Notes: a model not told the origin generated them from the letters alone. DNA of 63,729 nt, filler included, from Octopus bimaculoides (GCF_001194135.2; 9 parts of 9 records of this genome joined end to end with filler, not necessarily neighbours in it); one strand, 5' to 3'. Counted from the whole stretch's first letter, positions 1-11,840 are shown. A program made the numbers and translations.

Positions 1-58
<58 letters not shown>
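1..58. repeat. (TA)n(TG)n compound microsatellite
   Basis: Direct reading; representative of dozens of (TA)n, (TG)n, (TATG)n, (AG)n, (GATA)n tracts across the window that are not listed individually. Confidence 0.95.
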
Positions 59-877
59 CATAAACGAAAAAATATTCAAGAAATATTAAAAACCCTTCGA
101 TCAGGCTAATCACGCAGCCCCACACTTCGAGTGCTTTATATACACTTTTGCACTTTTACAAAGTTTCAGTGAGTGGGTTATAGCTATGTTGCCGCAAACC
201 CATTATAGCTACGGCACACTCACGTAACTCTATGTGTGGTACATCGTTTATGTATTTGGTTGGAAAGATTTTTTATGTGAATTCCTTTATTGAAATAAAT
301 TTTGTTGTGTCTTGGTAAAGTCATAAAAGAATCATTGGGTGAGCTATTACGTTGAATATGTTATTAATATTAGCGTAATCACTCTCCCAAGACACAACCA
401 AAAATATCCTTAAAATTTGTGTCCTTGTATCAGTGTTCTTCTTGTTGTTGGTGATGTAATTTACATACGTTTTGTCTTGATGTATTAGTGTCGTTTAATT
501 GTTTAACCCCGGTCGAACAGATCTAATGATAGAAAGCATTTCCAGAACAGACATGTCTTTATTTTAACTTCTTTTTTCAGTCCTACCGTATCTAGATAGG
601 CAATAGACATCTTTATAAGCCCGAATGGTATATTTCAGATAAATTTTGTTGTCGTTTCTAGCACTTTCAAAGAATATATAACGACTCATGTTTATATGCC
701 GAAGAACAAGGTGGGGTGGGTGGGGTAGGGGAATCAGTTTACCCCTGTAGTGTCTTTTTCTTCTAAAATTTCAGACATCTTGTGTGGAATCAAAGTGACA
801 TCTTATATTTAGAGACTGAGCTATAAGCTTCAAGTCTTAATTTCTGATTTGAAAAACAATTTTGTTTCTGAAATATA

Positions 878-990
878 GGTTTCAAATTTTGGCACTAGAC
901 CAGCGAGAGCGGGAATTCGGGAATAAACCGATTACGTAGACCCTGGTGCTCAAAAGGCACTTATTTTATTGAACCCGAAACGTAAAGTCT
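878..990 (-). mobile_element. Degraded 3' part of the abundant tRNA-derived SINE family
   Basis: GGTTTCAAATTTTGGCAC...CGATTACGTAGACCC...CTTATTTTATTGAACCCGAAA resembles the reverse complement of the copies at 28205 and 30145. Confidence 0.5.
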
Positions 991-1238
991 TCAGTTTTAT
1001 GTATTCCATTTCTCATCTCACGGTTTCAAAATTGGTCAGAATTGAGGTCTCCGACGATTTCCATCAGAATTGTGCGACCAATCTAATGTTCTAACAGAGC
1101 GCCCTGGAACAGAATTGTATTGAATTTTAATTGTATATTTTAAGATGACACAGTTCTGTATTTAAGCGATGAGGAATTATGTACATTATATACATCATTT
1201 GCATTTGACAGATATTTGTCCTCATCTTGTTTGTTGTT

Positions 1239-1284
1239 AACACAACGCTTCGGCTGATATACACTCCAGCCTTCATCAGGTGTC
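1239..1284 (-). ncRNA. Minimal type I hammerhead ribozyme motif, core-mutated (A15.1->G)
   Basis: GACAC-CTGATGA-A-GGCTG(loop)CAGCC-GAAGC-GTT-GTGTT: stem I GACAC/GTGTT, perfect 5-bp stem II, zero-loop palindromic stem III remnant, GUU triplet; the canonical GAAAC reads GAAGC here. Confidence 0.75.
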
Positions 1285-1334
1285 TAGGGGAAATTTCGAA
1301 CCGGGGATCTCATTCGTAAGATATTTTTCGATGT

Positions 1335-1336
1335 TA

Positions 1337-1396
<60 letters not shown>

Positions 1397-1409
1397 CATT
1401 ATCATCATC

Positions 1410-1476
<67 letters not shown>
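1335..1476. repeat. (ATT/ATC)n trinucleotide microsatellite inside the composite element
   Basis: Direct reading. Confidence 0.95.
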
Positions 1477-1477
<1 letters not shown>

Positions 1478-1799
1478 AGTCACTACCTGGAATCGAACTC
1501 GGAATCTTGGGGTTAGTAGTCCGCGCTCTTAATCACTACGTCATATGTATGTAGTTGGCATTCAGGTCCCCGATATTTCGTGGTTTTCTTCTTAATTACA
1601 AGTCGGAGAGAAGATTAGTGGTTAGCGTATCTTCTTTCTTTTTCTTTTCAAATCATTTTCAATACACTTTCGACCGTTTCACCGTTGAATTAATTTACAC
1701 TAACCATATTAATTTCGATTCGAACGTCCCAAATGTTGCAACTTCTAATTTTCTTTTTTCGCATTCCTAATCTCGTTTTCGACCAGTAGTAGTTGTGCT

Positions 1800-1935
1800 A
1801 CGAACGATGAAGCACAACACAGAAAGCAGTTCACAAATGGCAGCGTGATCAGCCGAATACCTTCTTCTCTGATGGAATAAGCAATCTTGTGGATCGCTGG
1901 ACGAAGCGCATAGAAAAACAAGGAGACTATGGCGG
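1800..1935 (+). pseudogene. mariner transposase C-terminal remnant
   Basis: Translation KAVHKWQRDQPNTFFSDGISNLVDRWTKRIEKQGDY matches the typical mariner ending (FFxxGIxxLVxRWxKCIxxxGDY). Confidence 0.75.
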
Positions 1936-3269
1936 CATATTATGTTATTCAACAAACCCGGCTTTTAGTAAATTGCAGAAACAAATTGTATATAATTCTA
2001 AAGTTATCATAGTATATATATATATATATATNNNNNNNNNNNNNNNNNNNNNNNNNNNNNNNNNNNNNNNNNNNNNNNNNNNNNNNNNNNNNNNNNNNNN
2101 NNNNNNNNNNNNNNNNNNNNNNNNNNNNNNNNNNNNNNNNNNNNNNNNNNNNNNNNNNNNNNNNNNNNNNNNNNNNNNNNNNNNNNNNNNNNNNNNNNNN
2201 AGAAATTTGAAGATAAGCAACAAAAATTCAATAGGTTATAGCAGTACGTACGTTTCGTACAAGCTCCATTTATTCATGTGGTGAGAACACCACAGAATGT
2301 ACAATGAAAATGTACTCCTCAGCTGCATAATGGAATTTCATTTTCGAAAGTCATTTTGAGGATGTTTGCAAAAAAAAACAAGAGTAAGAGAAGAAAACAT
2401 ATCATCTCGACTATGCTGCTGTTCCACAGACAAGTGAATCAAACAAGAATTTAAAATCTAATTGGAGGGATAGTAGTAATTTCAAATATAGAGGAAGGTA
2501 GGTTAAGTAGTGGTGGACAGCAAGTTAGGGGTAAATCAAGCATGAGGGAAAGAAAAAAGAAAAAAAGGAAATGGAAGGGTAATACCCTAAGGAGTGGTAA
2601 GAATTTGGAAAAAAATTAAGGTAAGGGAATTAAGGTCAAGGTATTAAAGAAATATATCTATTCTACAGTATAAATAGAATAATACAAAGAAACACTGAAT
2701 TGCTAAGTTTAAAACTATAGGGAACAATAATAATTAGAACAAGATAAACATATCCAGTTAAAATAAGATATAAATTAATGTGGGTTAGTATTATTTATGA
2801 GTAAAACTATAATATTAATGGCTAAAATCCAAACAGAAAGAAAGGGGGGAAGAAGCAAGAGGAAAAAAGATGGGAGGAATAAAGTTAAAGTTAGAAAAAC
2901 AGGACTAAATTAAGAGAATTAAAGCTAAGGTTTTGGAAAAAGTGATAGATAGAAGAGATTCAGAATAACCCAGAGAAAATGTAGGAATACTATTCGTATA
3001 TATATATACACCTGTGAAATTTGACTGGTGACTGCTGTTGCTACCATCTACGGTTGTCTTCCTAGTAAGAGGCAGAAAGAAAAAGAGTTTGCTAAGAAAT
3101 AGAAGAGAGGGAGAAATTCCCCCAAGGGGAGAGAACCGCTGAGAGATCTTTTTTCTTTTTTTTCTTTGCCTCATTACAAGTGAAAGGACATATAAGATAA
3201 TATTTCTACACACACACACAGACACAGAGACGCACATGTATGTGTGTGTGTGTATGTGTGTGTATGTGT

Positions 3270-3319
<50 letters not shown>

Positions 3320-3344
3320 ATATACTCAGAGGTGTGTGTGTGGG

Positions 3345-3846
3345 TACCTATACTCAGAGAGATATGTAATAATTTACATATGGAAAATACTGGAAGGACT
3401 GGTACAAAACTTTAGCATCAAGTACTACAAGAATGCCCGCACAGGTCGCCACTGCATAGTACCAAGGGTACTGTCCACTGCATCTCACATAAGAACAAGG
3501 TACTGCAACAGCCTCGGTTTCAGTGGGCCTCAGCTCTTTAATGCCTTGCCAAAATATTTGAGAGACCTGCAAGACATGGATATAGAGGTCTTCAAAACAA
3601 AAATCGACACTTTCCTCTCCACGATACCAGACGAACCAATGGCTCGAAATGAGACACAGTTTAGGGCAGCGATGTCAAATTCTGTTATACACCAGATGTG
3701 CCATCAAAACTTTTGATTGGACTATATCAGGTGGAGGAGAAGAGCCATGCAAGGAACGTGAAAAGAGCACAACATAAAGACGGAAAGTCACGGTGTTGCT
3801 CCAGCATGACCACAGCCACTTGGCTGAAACGCATAAATAAATAAAT
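3345..3846 (+). mobile_element. 5'-truncated CR1-type LINE (ORF2 C-terminus + 3' UTR)
   Basis: LYSERYVIIYIWKILEGLV...GPQLFNALPKYLRDL...FKTKIDTFLSTIPDEP...AAMSNSVIHQ is typical of CR1-clade ORF2 ends; terminates in (AAAT)n. Confidence 0.85.
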
Positions 3847-3853
3847 ATATATA

Positions 3854-4455
3854 TTGTTTTCCGTGTTTCAGTCACTTGACTACCGCCATGCTAGAGCACC
3901 GCCTTTAGTCAAGCAAGTCAACCTCAGGACTTATTCTTTGTAAGCCTAGTACTTATTCTATCGGTCTCTTTGGCGAACCGCTAATTAACGGGAACGCAAA
4001 CACACCTGCATCGGTTGTCAAGCGATGTTGGGGGGGGTGACAAACACAGACGCACAAATATATACACACACACATACATTCATACATACATACATACATA
4101 CATACATATANNNNNNNNNNNNNNNNNNNNNNNNNNNNNNNNNNNNNNNNNNNNNNNNNNNNNNNNNNNNNNNNNNNNNNNNNNNNNNNNNNNNNNNNNN
4201 NNNNNNNNNNNNNNNNNNNNNNNNNNNNNNNNNNNNNNNNNNNNNNNNNNNNNNNNNNNNNNNNNNNNNNNNNNNNNNNNNNNATATATATATATATATA
4301 CTTCGGGCTTCTTTCAGTTTCTGTCTACCAAATCCACTCACAAGGTTTTGGTCAGTCCGAAGCTATAGTAGAAGACATCTGTCCAAGGTGTCACGCAGTG
4401 TGTTCTGAACCCGGAGCCATCTGGTTGGTAAGCAAGCTACTTACCATACACCCAC
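3854..4455 (-). mobile_element. tRNA-derived SINE with internal microsatellite (spans N gap)
   Basis: Minus-strand head GGTGTATGGTAAAGTAGCTTGCTTACC...CCGGGTTCAG, body GGATTTGGTAGACAGAAACTGAAAGAAGCCCG, internal (CA/TA)n, tail GCTCTAGCATGGCGGTAGTCAAGTGACTGAAAC; related pieces at 17695 and 56615. Confidence 0.8.
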
Positions 4456-4929
4456 TCATAAATATATACATACATGTATAAACTCATACAGACAGCCACA
4501 CATACATACAAACTCACTCACACATACACATATACGCACACGCACATATGTATACATGTATGTATGTATGTATGTATGTATGTTTGTATGTATGTATGTA
4601 TTCATAAATGCGAGTCATGAGACATAGCCGTATAAATCAGCTAGCTACATCTCTTAGCAGGAGCCTGAAGAACTGTAACGAATTTATATTGAAGTGCTCT
4701 GGGTGATGTAAGCAAATTCATTCAATGTTTTTGATGTGCAGGAAAGTAGGCGAGAAACCGTTTGATAGATTGTTCGAGCTTTGTTCACCGTTCCTCTGAA
4801 AGACATATCCAATTTCCTTGCCCGCACAGAATAGCATAGTATATTCATATATAACAGTCGAAAATCAAGCTAAGACCGTTGTGTACAATTTAATTTACAT
4901 ATTTATGTTTCAAACGGCTCGCCATTAAT

Positions 4930-5240
4930 TAGAGAATATATAGCCTCTCCCTGCGTCAGTTACGATGACGAGGGGTCCGATTGATCCGATCAACGGAACA
5001 GCCTGCTCGAGAAATTAAAATACTAGTAGTTGAGCACTCCACAGATACGGGTACTGTTAACGTAGTTCTCAGAGAGATTCAGCATGACACAGAATATGAC
5101 AAAGCTGGCCTTTTGAATTACAGATACAACTCATTTCTACAGCTGATTCAAGTGAAATAATGTGAAATCAAGTGTCTTGCTCAAGGACAGAACGCGCTGC
5201 CGGGAATAGGAGCCACGACCGTACGATCGTGAGTTGTAAA
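4930..5240 (-). mobile_element. tRNA-derived SINE (CCTTGAGCAAGACACTT-type body)
   Basis: Minus strand CACGATCGTACGGTCGTGGCTCCTATTCCCGG...GTCCTTGAGCAAGACACTTGATTTCAC; a related head occurs at 27270-27340 (+). Confidence 0.65.
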
Positions 5241-6322
5241 TATATATATGTATATATATAAAAATATATATATATATTTCTATATATGCATGTCTTCATA
5301 CATACACACGCCATATACACGCAACACACACTCACACATACACGCACACAATTATACATACATGGACACACACACACGCACACACGCACATACAAGCACA
5401 CACACGCACACACATACACACAGACACACAAAAAACACACACATACACAACATATACATACACGCGCACGCACATACTTCAAACTACCTGTTAAACACCT
5501 TTCTACTGATCATTCTCTTACGTACATGTGTAGGTAGGCACACCACAGACAGCTACCCCCTACGAAAATTCTTACTATAAATTCTCCCTATGACCTTAAG
5601 CGACACTAGTCCAAACACACACATACATAAACAACCACAGCCACACACACACACACGCATACACGTGCTATCATTACACATACACACAGGCCTGCACGCA
5701 CACACATACCCACACACACACACACACACACACATCCCTCCTTCCCTTGCACTCTCCTGTCTTTGAAAAGAACTTTTTTTCCACCCTTTCCCTTCCGGTC
5801 ATTCCAATATGTGACCGCGTGTGCAAATTTGTCGATTTTCTTTCTCCGTCTTTCCTTCTTTGGACTTTTCCTATATTTCTGATGAAGAGCTCCGCTCGAA
5901 ACCTCTTTCTTTTCTTTCCTTTCCTGAGCATCCAATGACAGTACTTGTTCAACATCCTCGCGTTGTTGTTTTTTCTTGCTTGTTNNNNNNNNNNNNNNNN
6001 NNNNNNNNNNNNNNNNNNNNNNNNNNNNNNNNNNNNNNNNNNNNNNNNNNNNNNNNNNNNNNNNNNNNNNNNNNNNNNNNNNNNNNNNNNNNNNNNNNNN
6101 NNNNNNNNNNNNNNNNNNNNNNNNNNNNNNNNNNNNNNNNNNNNNNNNNNNNNNNNNNNNNNNNNNNNNNNNNNNNNNNNNNNNNNNNNNNNNNNNNNNN
6201 NNNNNNNNNNNNNNNNNNNNNNNNNNNNNNNNNNNNNNNNNNNNNNNNNNNNNNNNNNNNNNNNNNNNNNNNNNNNNNNNNNNNNNNNNNNNNNNNNNNN
6301 NNNNNNNNNNNNNNNNNNNNNA

Positions 6323-6357
<35 letters not shown>

Positions 6358-6405
6358 GTATGTATTTATGTATGTATATATATGTGTGTGTGTGTGTGTG
6401 TGTGC

Positions 6406-6448
<43 letters not shown>

Positions 6449-6479
6449 TGGTATTGGTTTTCTGAAGAACCTAAGTGGC

Positions 6480-7200
6480 AGGTAAGTGGTAGGTGCTATG
6501 GAAGGACAGTAGTTAAACTCTCGGTTTGATAATGATACGAGTGAAGGGTCTAATGCGGGTCTTGTATGATCATGTATATGTTAAATTAAATGAGACAACA
6601 AGGCCAAGGCTGTGTAGAATTTTCAGGACATTTATAAAGAGAAAGTTAGTCTTACAACCGTTTCTGGGACATTAGGGATATCCTTTCATCAGAGACGATA
6701 TGAGAGAGTTAAATAGAGAGAAACAGTAGAGTTCAATATAAGGAATTATTTTGGAAAAGGTTGGATAGAGGAAGTATAAAGGGAAATAAGAGAAAAAAAT
6801 AAAAATACAATTAAAAATATATCTAGGATGTTATAGTTGCAGTTCCATTATCCAAGGAAAGTGATGTGTGGAAGTGGTAAAAATGCTTCTTGTTCGTGGT
6901 ATGTAAATTCCAATAGGAGTTCATATTTTGTCATTACAAATGGGAAGTGTGGAGACGTAAATTCCATATGCTGTTTATTCAAAGGGGTCTTTTTAAAACA
7001 TCAAATGGCTGTTGTGTTCAGCCGAGTAAAACAGGAATCAAAGGGATTCCTAGAGAGAGATCAGAAATTAATATTTGAATATTTATTCTTTATATGTCTA
7101 GGAAGGTTCAAATACATGCTAGGCGCTGTAGTGTATGTCTTAGAAGATTAACTTCGCCCTATTAGACGACAGTGTGTTTACCCACTCTTCTCATTGTCGC
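6480..7200 (-). mobile_element. Degraded Penelope-like element 3' end (GIY-YIG C-terminus + pseudo-LTR)
   Basis: Frameshifted minus-strand translation ...FTRLNTTAI*CFK-PLNKQ resembles the PLE endonuclease end (RLxExxAIKxxKPxLNKQ), followed by a pyrimidine-rich UTR containing a hammerhead. Confidence 0.55.
6649..6696 (-). ncRNA. Minimal type I hammerhead ribozyme with intact core
   Basis: GTCT-CTGATGA-AA-GGATAT(CCCTA)ATGTCC-CA-GAAAC-GGTT-GTA-AGAC: stem I GTCT/AGAC, 6-bp stem II, GUA cleavage triplet, stem III ACGGTTGT self-complementary with G-U pairs. Confidence 0.8.
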
Positions 7201-8223
7201 ATGGCTTTCTGGGGGAGATCGGCGAAATAAATATAAATATCATAAAACCTAACTGTATGTGAAATATGTGAAATATGTATGTGAAATATGAAGGTAAATA
7301 GTTACTTCCGGCACCACTTAATAAATGAAGTTCAATCAAAAACATAGATATGTAAAGTAAACTATACTCTCTGATACTAAACTACTTTAAACTGGCTTTA
7401 TATACAGCTGACTATTCAATGCCCTATGGATTGAGGAAGGAAGCCGGAGGCGTCTTCGCTAAAGAGAAATTAGCAAAACATGAAACGGTGCGTCAGGAGA
7501 AAGCCCACGCCGTTTTTCATATAGAGAAACGAATTTCAGATTTTCGGATTAACACAGTGTATTTGTATTGTGTGTGTGTGTGTGACAAAAAGTGAAACAA
7601 CTGGAAGATAATTAGGCTTGGTAGAAACAACCGCTAAATCTTTTTCAGATTCACCCTATTGTCACATTTATATAACTGAGTTAGCTTACCAATTATTTTT
7701 GTTGGTAGTTAATTTATAATATATCGATAGTTAATTTATAATATATTGATATATATATATATATTGATATATATATATTGATATATATATATTGATATAT
7801 ANNNNNNNNNNNNNNNNNNNNNNNNNNNNNNNNNNNNNNNNNNNNNNNNNNNNNNNNNNNNNNNNNNNNNNNNNNNNNNNNNNNNNNNNNNNNNNNNNNN
7901 NNNNNNNNNNNNNNNNNNNNNNNNNNNNNNNNNNNNNNNNNNNNNNNNNNNNNNNNNNNNNNNNNNNNNNNNNNNNNNNNNNNNNNNNNNNNNNNNNNNN
8001 NNNNNNNNNNNNNNNNNNNNNNNNNNNNNNNNNNNNNNNNNNNNNNNNNNNNNNNNNNNNNNNNNNNNNNNNNNNNNNNNNNNNNNNNNNNNNNNNNNNN
8101 NNNNNNNNNNNNNNNNNNNNNNNNNNNNNNNNNNNNNNNNNNNNNNNNNNNNTATATATATATATATATATATATCATAAAAGAAGGAAAATGCACACAA
8201 TTTAAATAAAAGAGTATTGTGGT

Positions 8224-8250
8224 TGTCGACCGGTTTCGTTAATCATGACA
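8224..8250 (-). ncRNA. Collapsed hammerhead remnant
   Basis: TGTC-ATGA-TTAAC-GAAAC-CG-GTC-GACA: stem I TGTC/GACA, palindromic stem III ACCGGT and GUC triplet retained, but CTG of the CUGAUGA core and most of stem II are missing. Confidence 0.55.
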
Positions 8251-8530
8251 TTGAAATTATTGTAATTTCGTATTTTCTTAAGAAGTTTTGAGTCCATGCT
8301 TTTCTATGAAAGTTTGTGAATGAATCAACACAAAAATATGTATGTCTGTATATATAAACGCGGTTTTATATATGCATGAAGAAACGAAAGCAGCTTTATG
8401 CGGTAGCTAGACTGGATAAAATTACTGACAAATGTCCTTCAAATCACACTCTACTTTCTTGTCTATACATATGTATAAATTAAAAGAAAATATGTCTCTG
8501 CTTATTAGATAGACTTATTCGAAATATTGG

Positions 8531-8720
8531 CGCAAGTGCAGCAGTTCTGGGGTCGGGGACGAGTCGATTATGTCAACTCCATTACTTGACTGGTATTTTA
8601 TCGACCCCAAAAGGTTGAAAGGCATAGTCGACCTTGGCGGAATTTGAACGTAAAGATAGACGAAGTGCTGCTAAGCATTATATCCGGCGTGTTAACGATT
8701 CTGCCAGTTCAACCACCTTA
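8531..8720 (-). mobile_element. tRNA-derived SINE (main family)
   Basis: Reverse complement of the GAGCTGGCAGAA...GTTCAAATTCCGCC...GCCTTTCATCCTTTCGGGGTCGATAAA family seen at 28205. Confidence 0.85.
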
Positions 8721-9398
8721 GATATACTGAAATCTTAAATTCGAAAAAATTGCATTCTCATGTCTAGAAATGATATTAGATATAATATCCGAGATACACT
8801 GTATTGCAAAAATAAATAAATAAATGAATAAAAACGAAGACGGGATCGTCACATCAGGAATGTCTTTTTACCACATTCCTATTCGACTGGTACTGATCCT
8901 GATTTAAATAATACCACTTCCAACAAGGCTATTATTTCCCATAACGTTCATTTCATTTCAATAGCTTAACCAAAACGAAGCCTATGAACCCTTCAAAGCC
9001 ATTACATTTACGTTGGCAGCAAATTGGCAGAACCAAGAGAACATCGAGATTTTTAAACATGCGACATTTGCCTCAACTTTTGGTGTTCTATTTTCACATC
9101 GTGCCGACGTCAATCTTCTCTCACAGCATTTCGGGTCAATAAATATAGCGCTATTAAAATGCGTTGGATGGCCAGGATTATTAGTACCTTTGGGTTTCTT
9201 CCTCAGTGGTTACCCTTCGCTATATTTTCCAGATTTTTGAGTTCTGGTTTCAAATCCTTCGCAGGCTGATCACCTGAAAACTAGCTCACTGTAAACCTAA
9301 AAGCATCATAGCTATACAGGAAAGATCATGCTGACGCTTTCATTCAGTGCTGGGTCATCGAAGGCTGAAATGAAATGGAATACTACTACTAATAATAA

Positions 9399-9609
9399 TG
9401 GTTTCAAATTTTTGGCACAAGGCCAGCAAGTTCAGTGGGAAAGGTGTTAACTCGATTACATTGATCTCAGTACTCAACTAGAACGTATTTTCTCGAAAAG
9501 ATAAAAGGCAATGGTGATCTCGGTGGAATTTGAACTCAGAACATTAAGACAGGTGAAATGCCGCGAAGCATTTTGCCCAGTGTGCCAACGATGCTGCCAG
9601 ATTGCCGAC

Positions 9610-9610
<1 letters not shown>
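9399..9610 (-). mobile_element. tRNA-derived SINE (main family), diverged
   Basis: GGAATTTGAACTCAGAAC...GAAATGCCGCGAAGCATTTTGCCCAG match to the family on the minus strand. Confidence 0.8.
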
Positions 9611-9666
<56 letters not shown>

Positions 9667-9692
9667 CATTATTATTATTATTATTATTAATA

Positions 9693-9722
<30 letters not shown>
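9610..9722. repeat. (ATT)n microsatellite between two divergent SINE heads
   Basis: Direct reading. Confidence 0.95.
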
Positions 9723-9723
<1 letters not shown>

Positions 9724-9809
9724 TAAGGCGGCGAGCAGGCAGAAACGTTAGCACACCGGGCAACATGTTTAGTGGTATTTCGTCTGTCACTACGTTCTGA
9801 GTTCAAATT
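9724..9809 (+). mobile_element. tRNA-derived SINE head (main family), cut by scaffold end
   Basis: AAGGCGGCGAGCAGGCAGAAACGTTAGCACACCGGGC...GTTCTGAGTTCAAATT. Confidence 0.85.
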
Positions 9810-9909
9810 NNNNNNNNNNNNNNNNNNNNNNNNNNNNNNNNNNNNNNNNNNNNTTAATTAATTAANNNNNNNNNNNNNNNNNNNNNNNNNNNNNNNNNNN
9901 NNNNNNNNN
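9810..9909. other. Artificial scaffold-join spacer
   Basis: Exactly 44 N + TTAATTAATTAA (stop codons in all six frames) + 44 N. Confidence 0.95.
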
Positions 9910-11084
9910 ATATATATATATATATATATATATAAATATATATATACATATATATATATATATACACACAAACATATATATATATATATATATACATATA
10001 TATACATACATATATCTATGCACCTATATATATATACACACACACACATACACACACATGAATGCACGTACACACTCACACACACACACACATATATGTA
10101 AATACCTTATACATATACGCACTCACATATGCATATATTGTAACATAGACAAAGGTTCACACATATGTACTTATATTTAGAAACATGTACACAGAAATAT
10201 ACACAGATCCACATACAACATACACACACACAGAAGCACGTGCACACACACACACACACACACACAGATAGAAGCATGCACGTACACACACGCACACACA
10301 CACTTAGCAACAACATACTCATTCTACCCCCACTACCACACATTCTCTATCCTCCCACTGTCTTTCTGTTGCTCCTATTATTATCAATGACTTTTGTAAT
10401 CATCCCTCAACTGAGAAAAACAATCAAAAACCTTCTTCTCCCTCTTCTTCTCTTCTCCTCCCTCTTCTTCTCTTCTCCTCCTCCCTCTTCTTCTCTTCTC
10501 CTCCTCCCTCTTCTTCTCTTCTCCTCCCTCTTCTTCTCTTCTCCTTGCCCTCTCCTGACCCATCTAAAAATCTTTTAAATAATCCATTGGTTTACCTAAC
10601 AGGATTACTGCAGTTTTAAGAGGTGCTCATATTTGATCTTGATTGATTAGTTCAGTGATTAATTCTGACACAATAAATATTATAGATTTGGATCTATTAA
10701 AAAGGAAAACAAAGAAAAAAAAAAGTATTGTGCCTCGTTACAAAAGAAAAAATACAAAGAATTCCCTGGAGAAATCCCCTGGTGCCTTTTCTTTCTTTTT
10801 CTAAGCCTGGTACTTATTTTATCAGTCCATTTTGCTGAACCACTATGTTATAGAGATGTAAACACGCAAACACCAGTTGTTGAGTTTGTGAGAGACATCA
10901 CAACACACACATACATACACACACATAAACACAAATACATACATACATGCATACACACATACACACACGTACATACATACACACATACATACATAGATAC
11001 ACACATACATACATACACACACATACATACACACACATACATACATACACACATATACATACATACATACATACATACATACAC

Positions 11085-11115
<31 letters not shown>

Positions 11116-11213
11116 TACATTCATACATATATATATATATATATACATACATACATATATACATACAAACACACACACACATATATATTTATCAATCCTG
11201 TAGAACACATTAG

Positions 11214-11840
11214 ATCATCAATAGCCTACCTCCTGGATCTAGCAAGCATTTACATCTAAATGTCAACCAAGGAGATGTAAACCGCATTGATAATCATCAA
11301 CTTCGACCAATTTGTAGGAGTAGAAATACTCATGGTACAGCTAGCACGATAACAACGCCGGTAAATGGAGTCAGGACTGCCTTATATACAAATAAAGACG
11401 ATAAATGCTCATGCAGAGATAAATCAAAATGTCCTTTGATGAATCTCAGTATGAGTACAAATCTTGTATGTAAATGTACCGTGCACACAAAGGGTGGGTC
11501 CTATGTTTACATTGGGCAGACGGCTGATTCATTTAAGAATCGTTATCGTAATCATGTTGCCAGCTTTAGGTCAATCAATAAGAGACATTCGACATCTTTG
11601 GTAAAATTTATATGGTGACTGACGGAGGCTAATACGAAATACTACATTACATGGTTCATAGTTAGACATGCAACACCATACAGTGTAATTTCCAGGAGAT
11701 GATGCTGTCTCTGCACCGAGGAATCCCTGTGTATTCTGTGGACTAACGAGAAGATACTTAATAGAGTTTCTGAAAGACTATTGAGATGCCTACATGCATA
11801 TAAATGCACTTTTGCACAATGCAGTGAGAATGAATTTTGA
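11214..11840 (+). pseudogene. Penelope-like element GIY-YIG endonuclease remnant (CxC-x-CP linker type, Nematis-like)
   Basis: One frame with two TGA: DKCSCRDKSKCPL...YVYIGQTADSFKNRYRNHVASFR...STSLVKFIW*L...ITWFIVRHATPYS...CCLCTEESLCIL...ILNRVSERLLRCLH. The clade label is an inference from motif pattern. Confidence 0.88.

Larger units (their letters stand above)
1151..1547 (-). mobile_element. Composite SINE-like element: tRNA-derived head + (AAT/GAT)n + hammerhead ribozyme motif + tail
   Basis: Minus strand: A-box-like TGACGTAGTGA (1543-1533), B-box-like AGTTCGATTCC (1499-1489), trinucleotide tract, ~50-nt linker, then CTGATGA...GAAGC hammerhead core (1284-1239). The 3' boundary is approximate. 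Confidence 0.7.

Noticed and set aside
1476-1547. tRNA gene call for this and other SINE heads
   Set aside because: A/B boxes are present but there is no complete cloverleaf or acceptor stem, and each continues into a SINE body.
9854-9865. TTAATTAATTAA as a biological palindrome or piggyBac-type site
   Set aside because: Always centred in exactly 88 N; synthetic linker.
11616-11702. In-frame TGA codons as selenocysteine (as reported for some Naiad PLEs)
   Set aside because: Neither TGA aligns with a conserved Cys: one sits at the W-x-L position (plausible CGA->TGA decay), the other is an extra codon before CxLC; no SECIS was recognised and the domain order is not Naiad-like.
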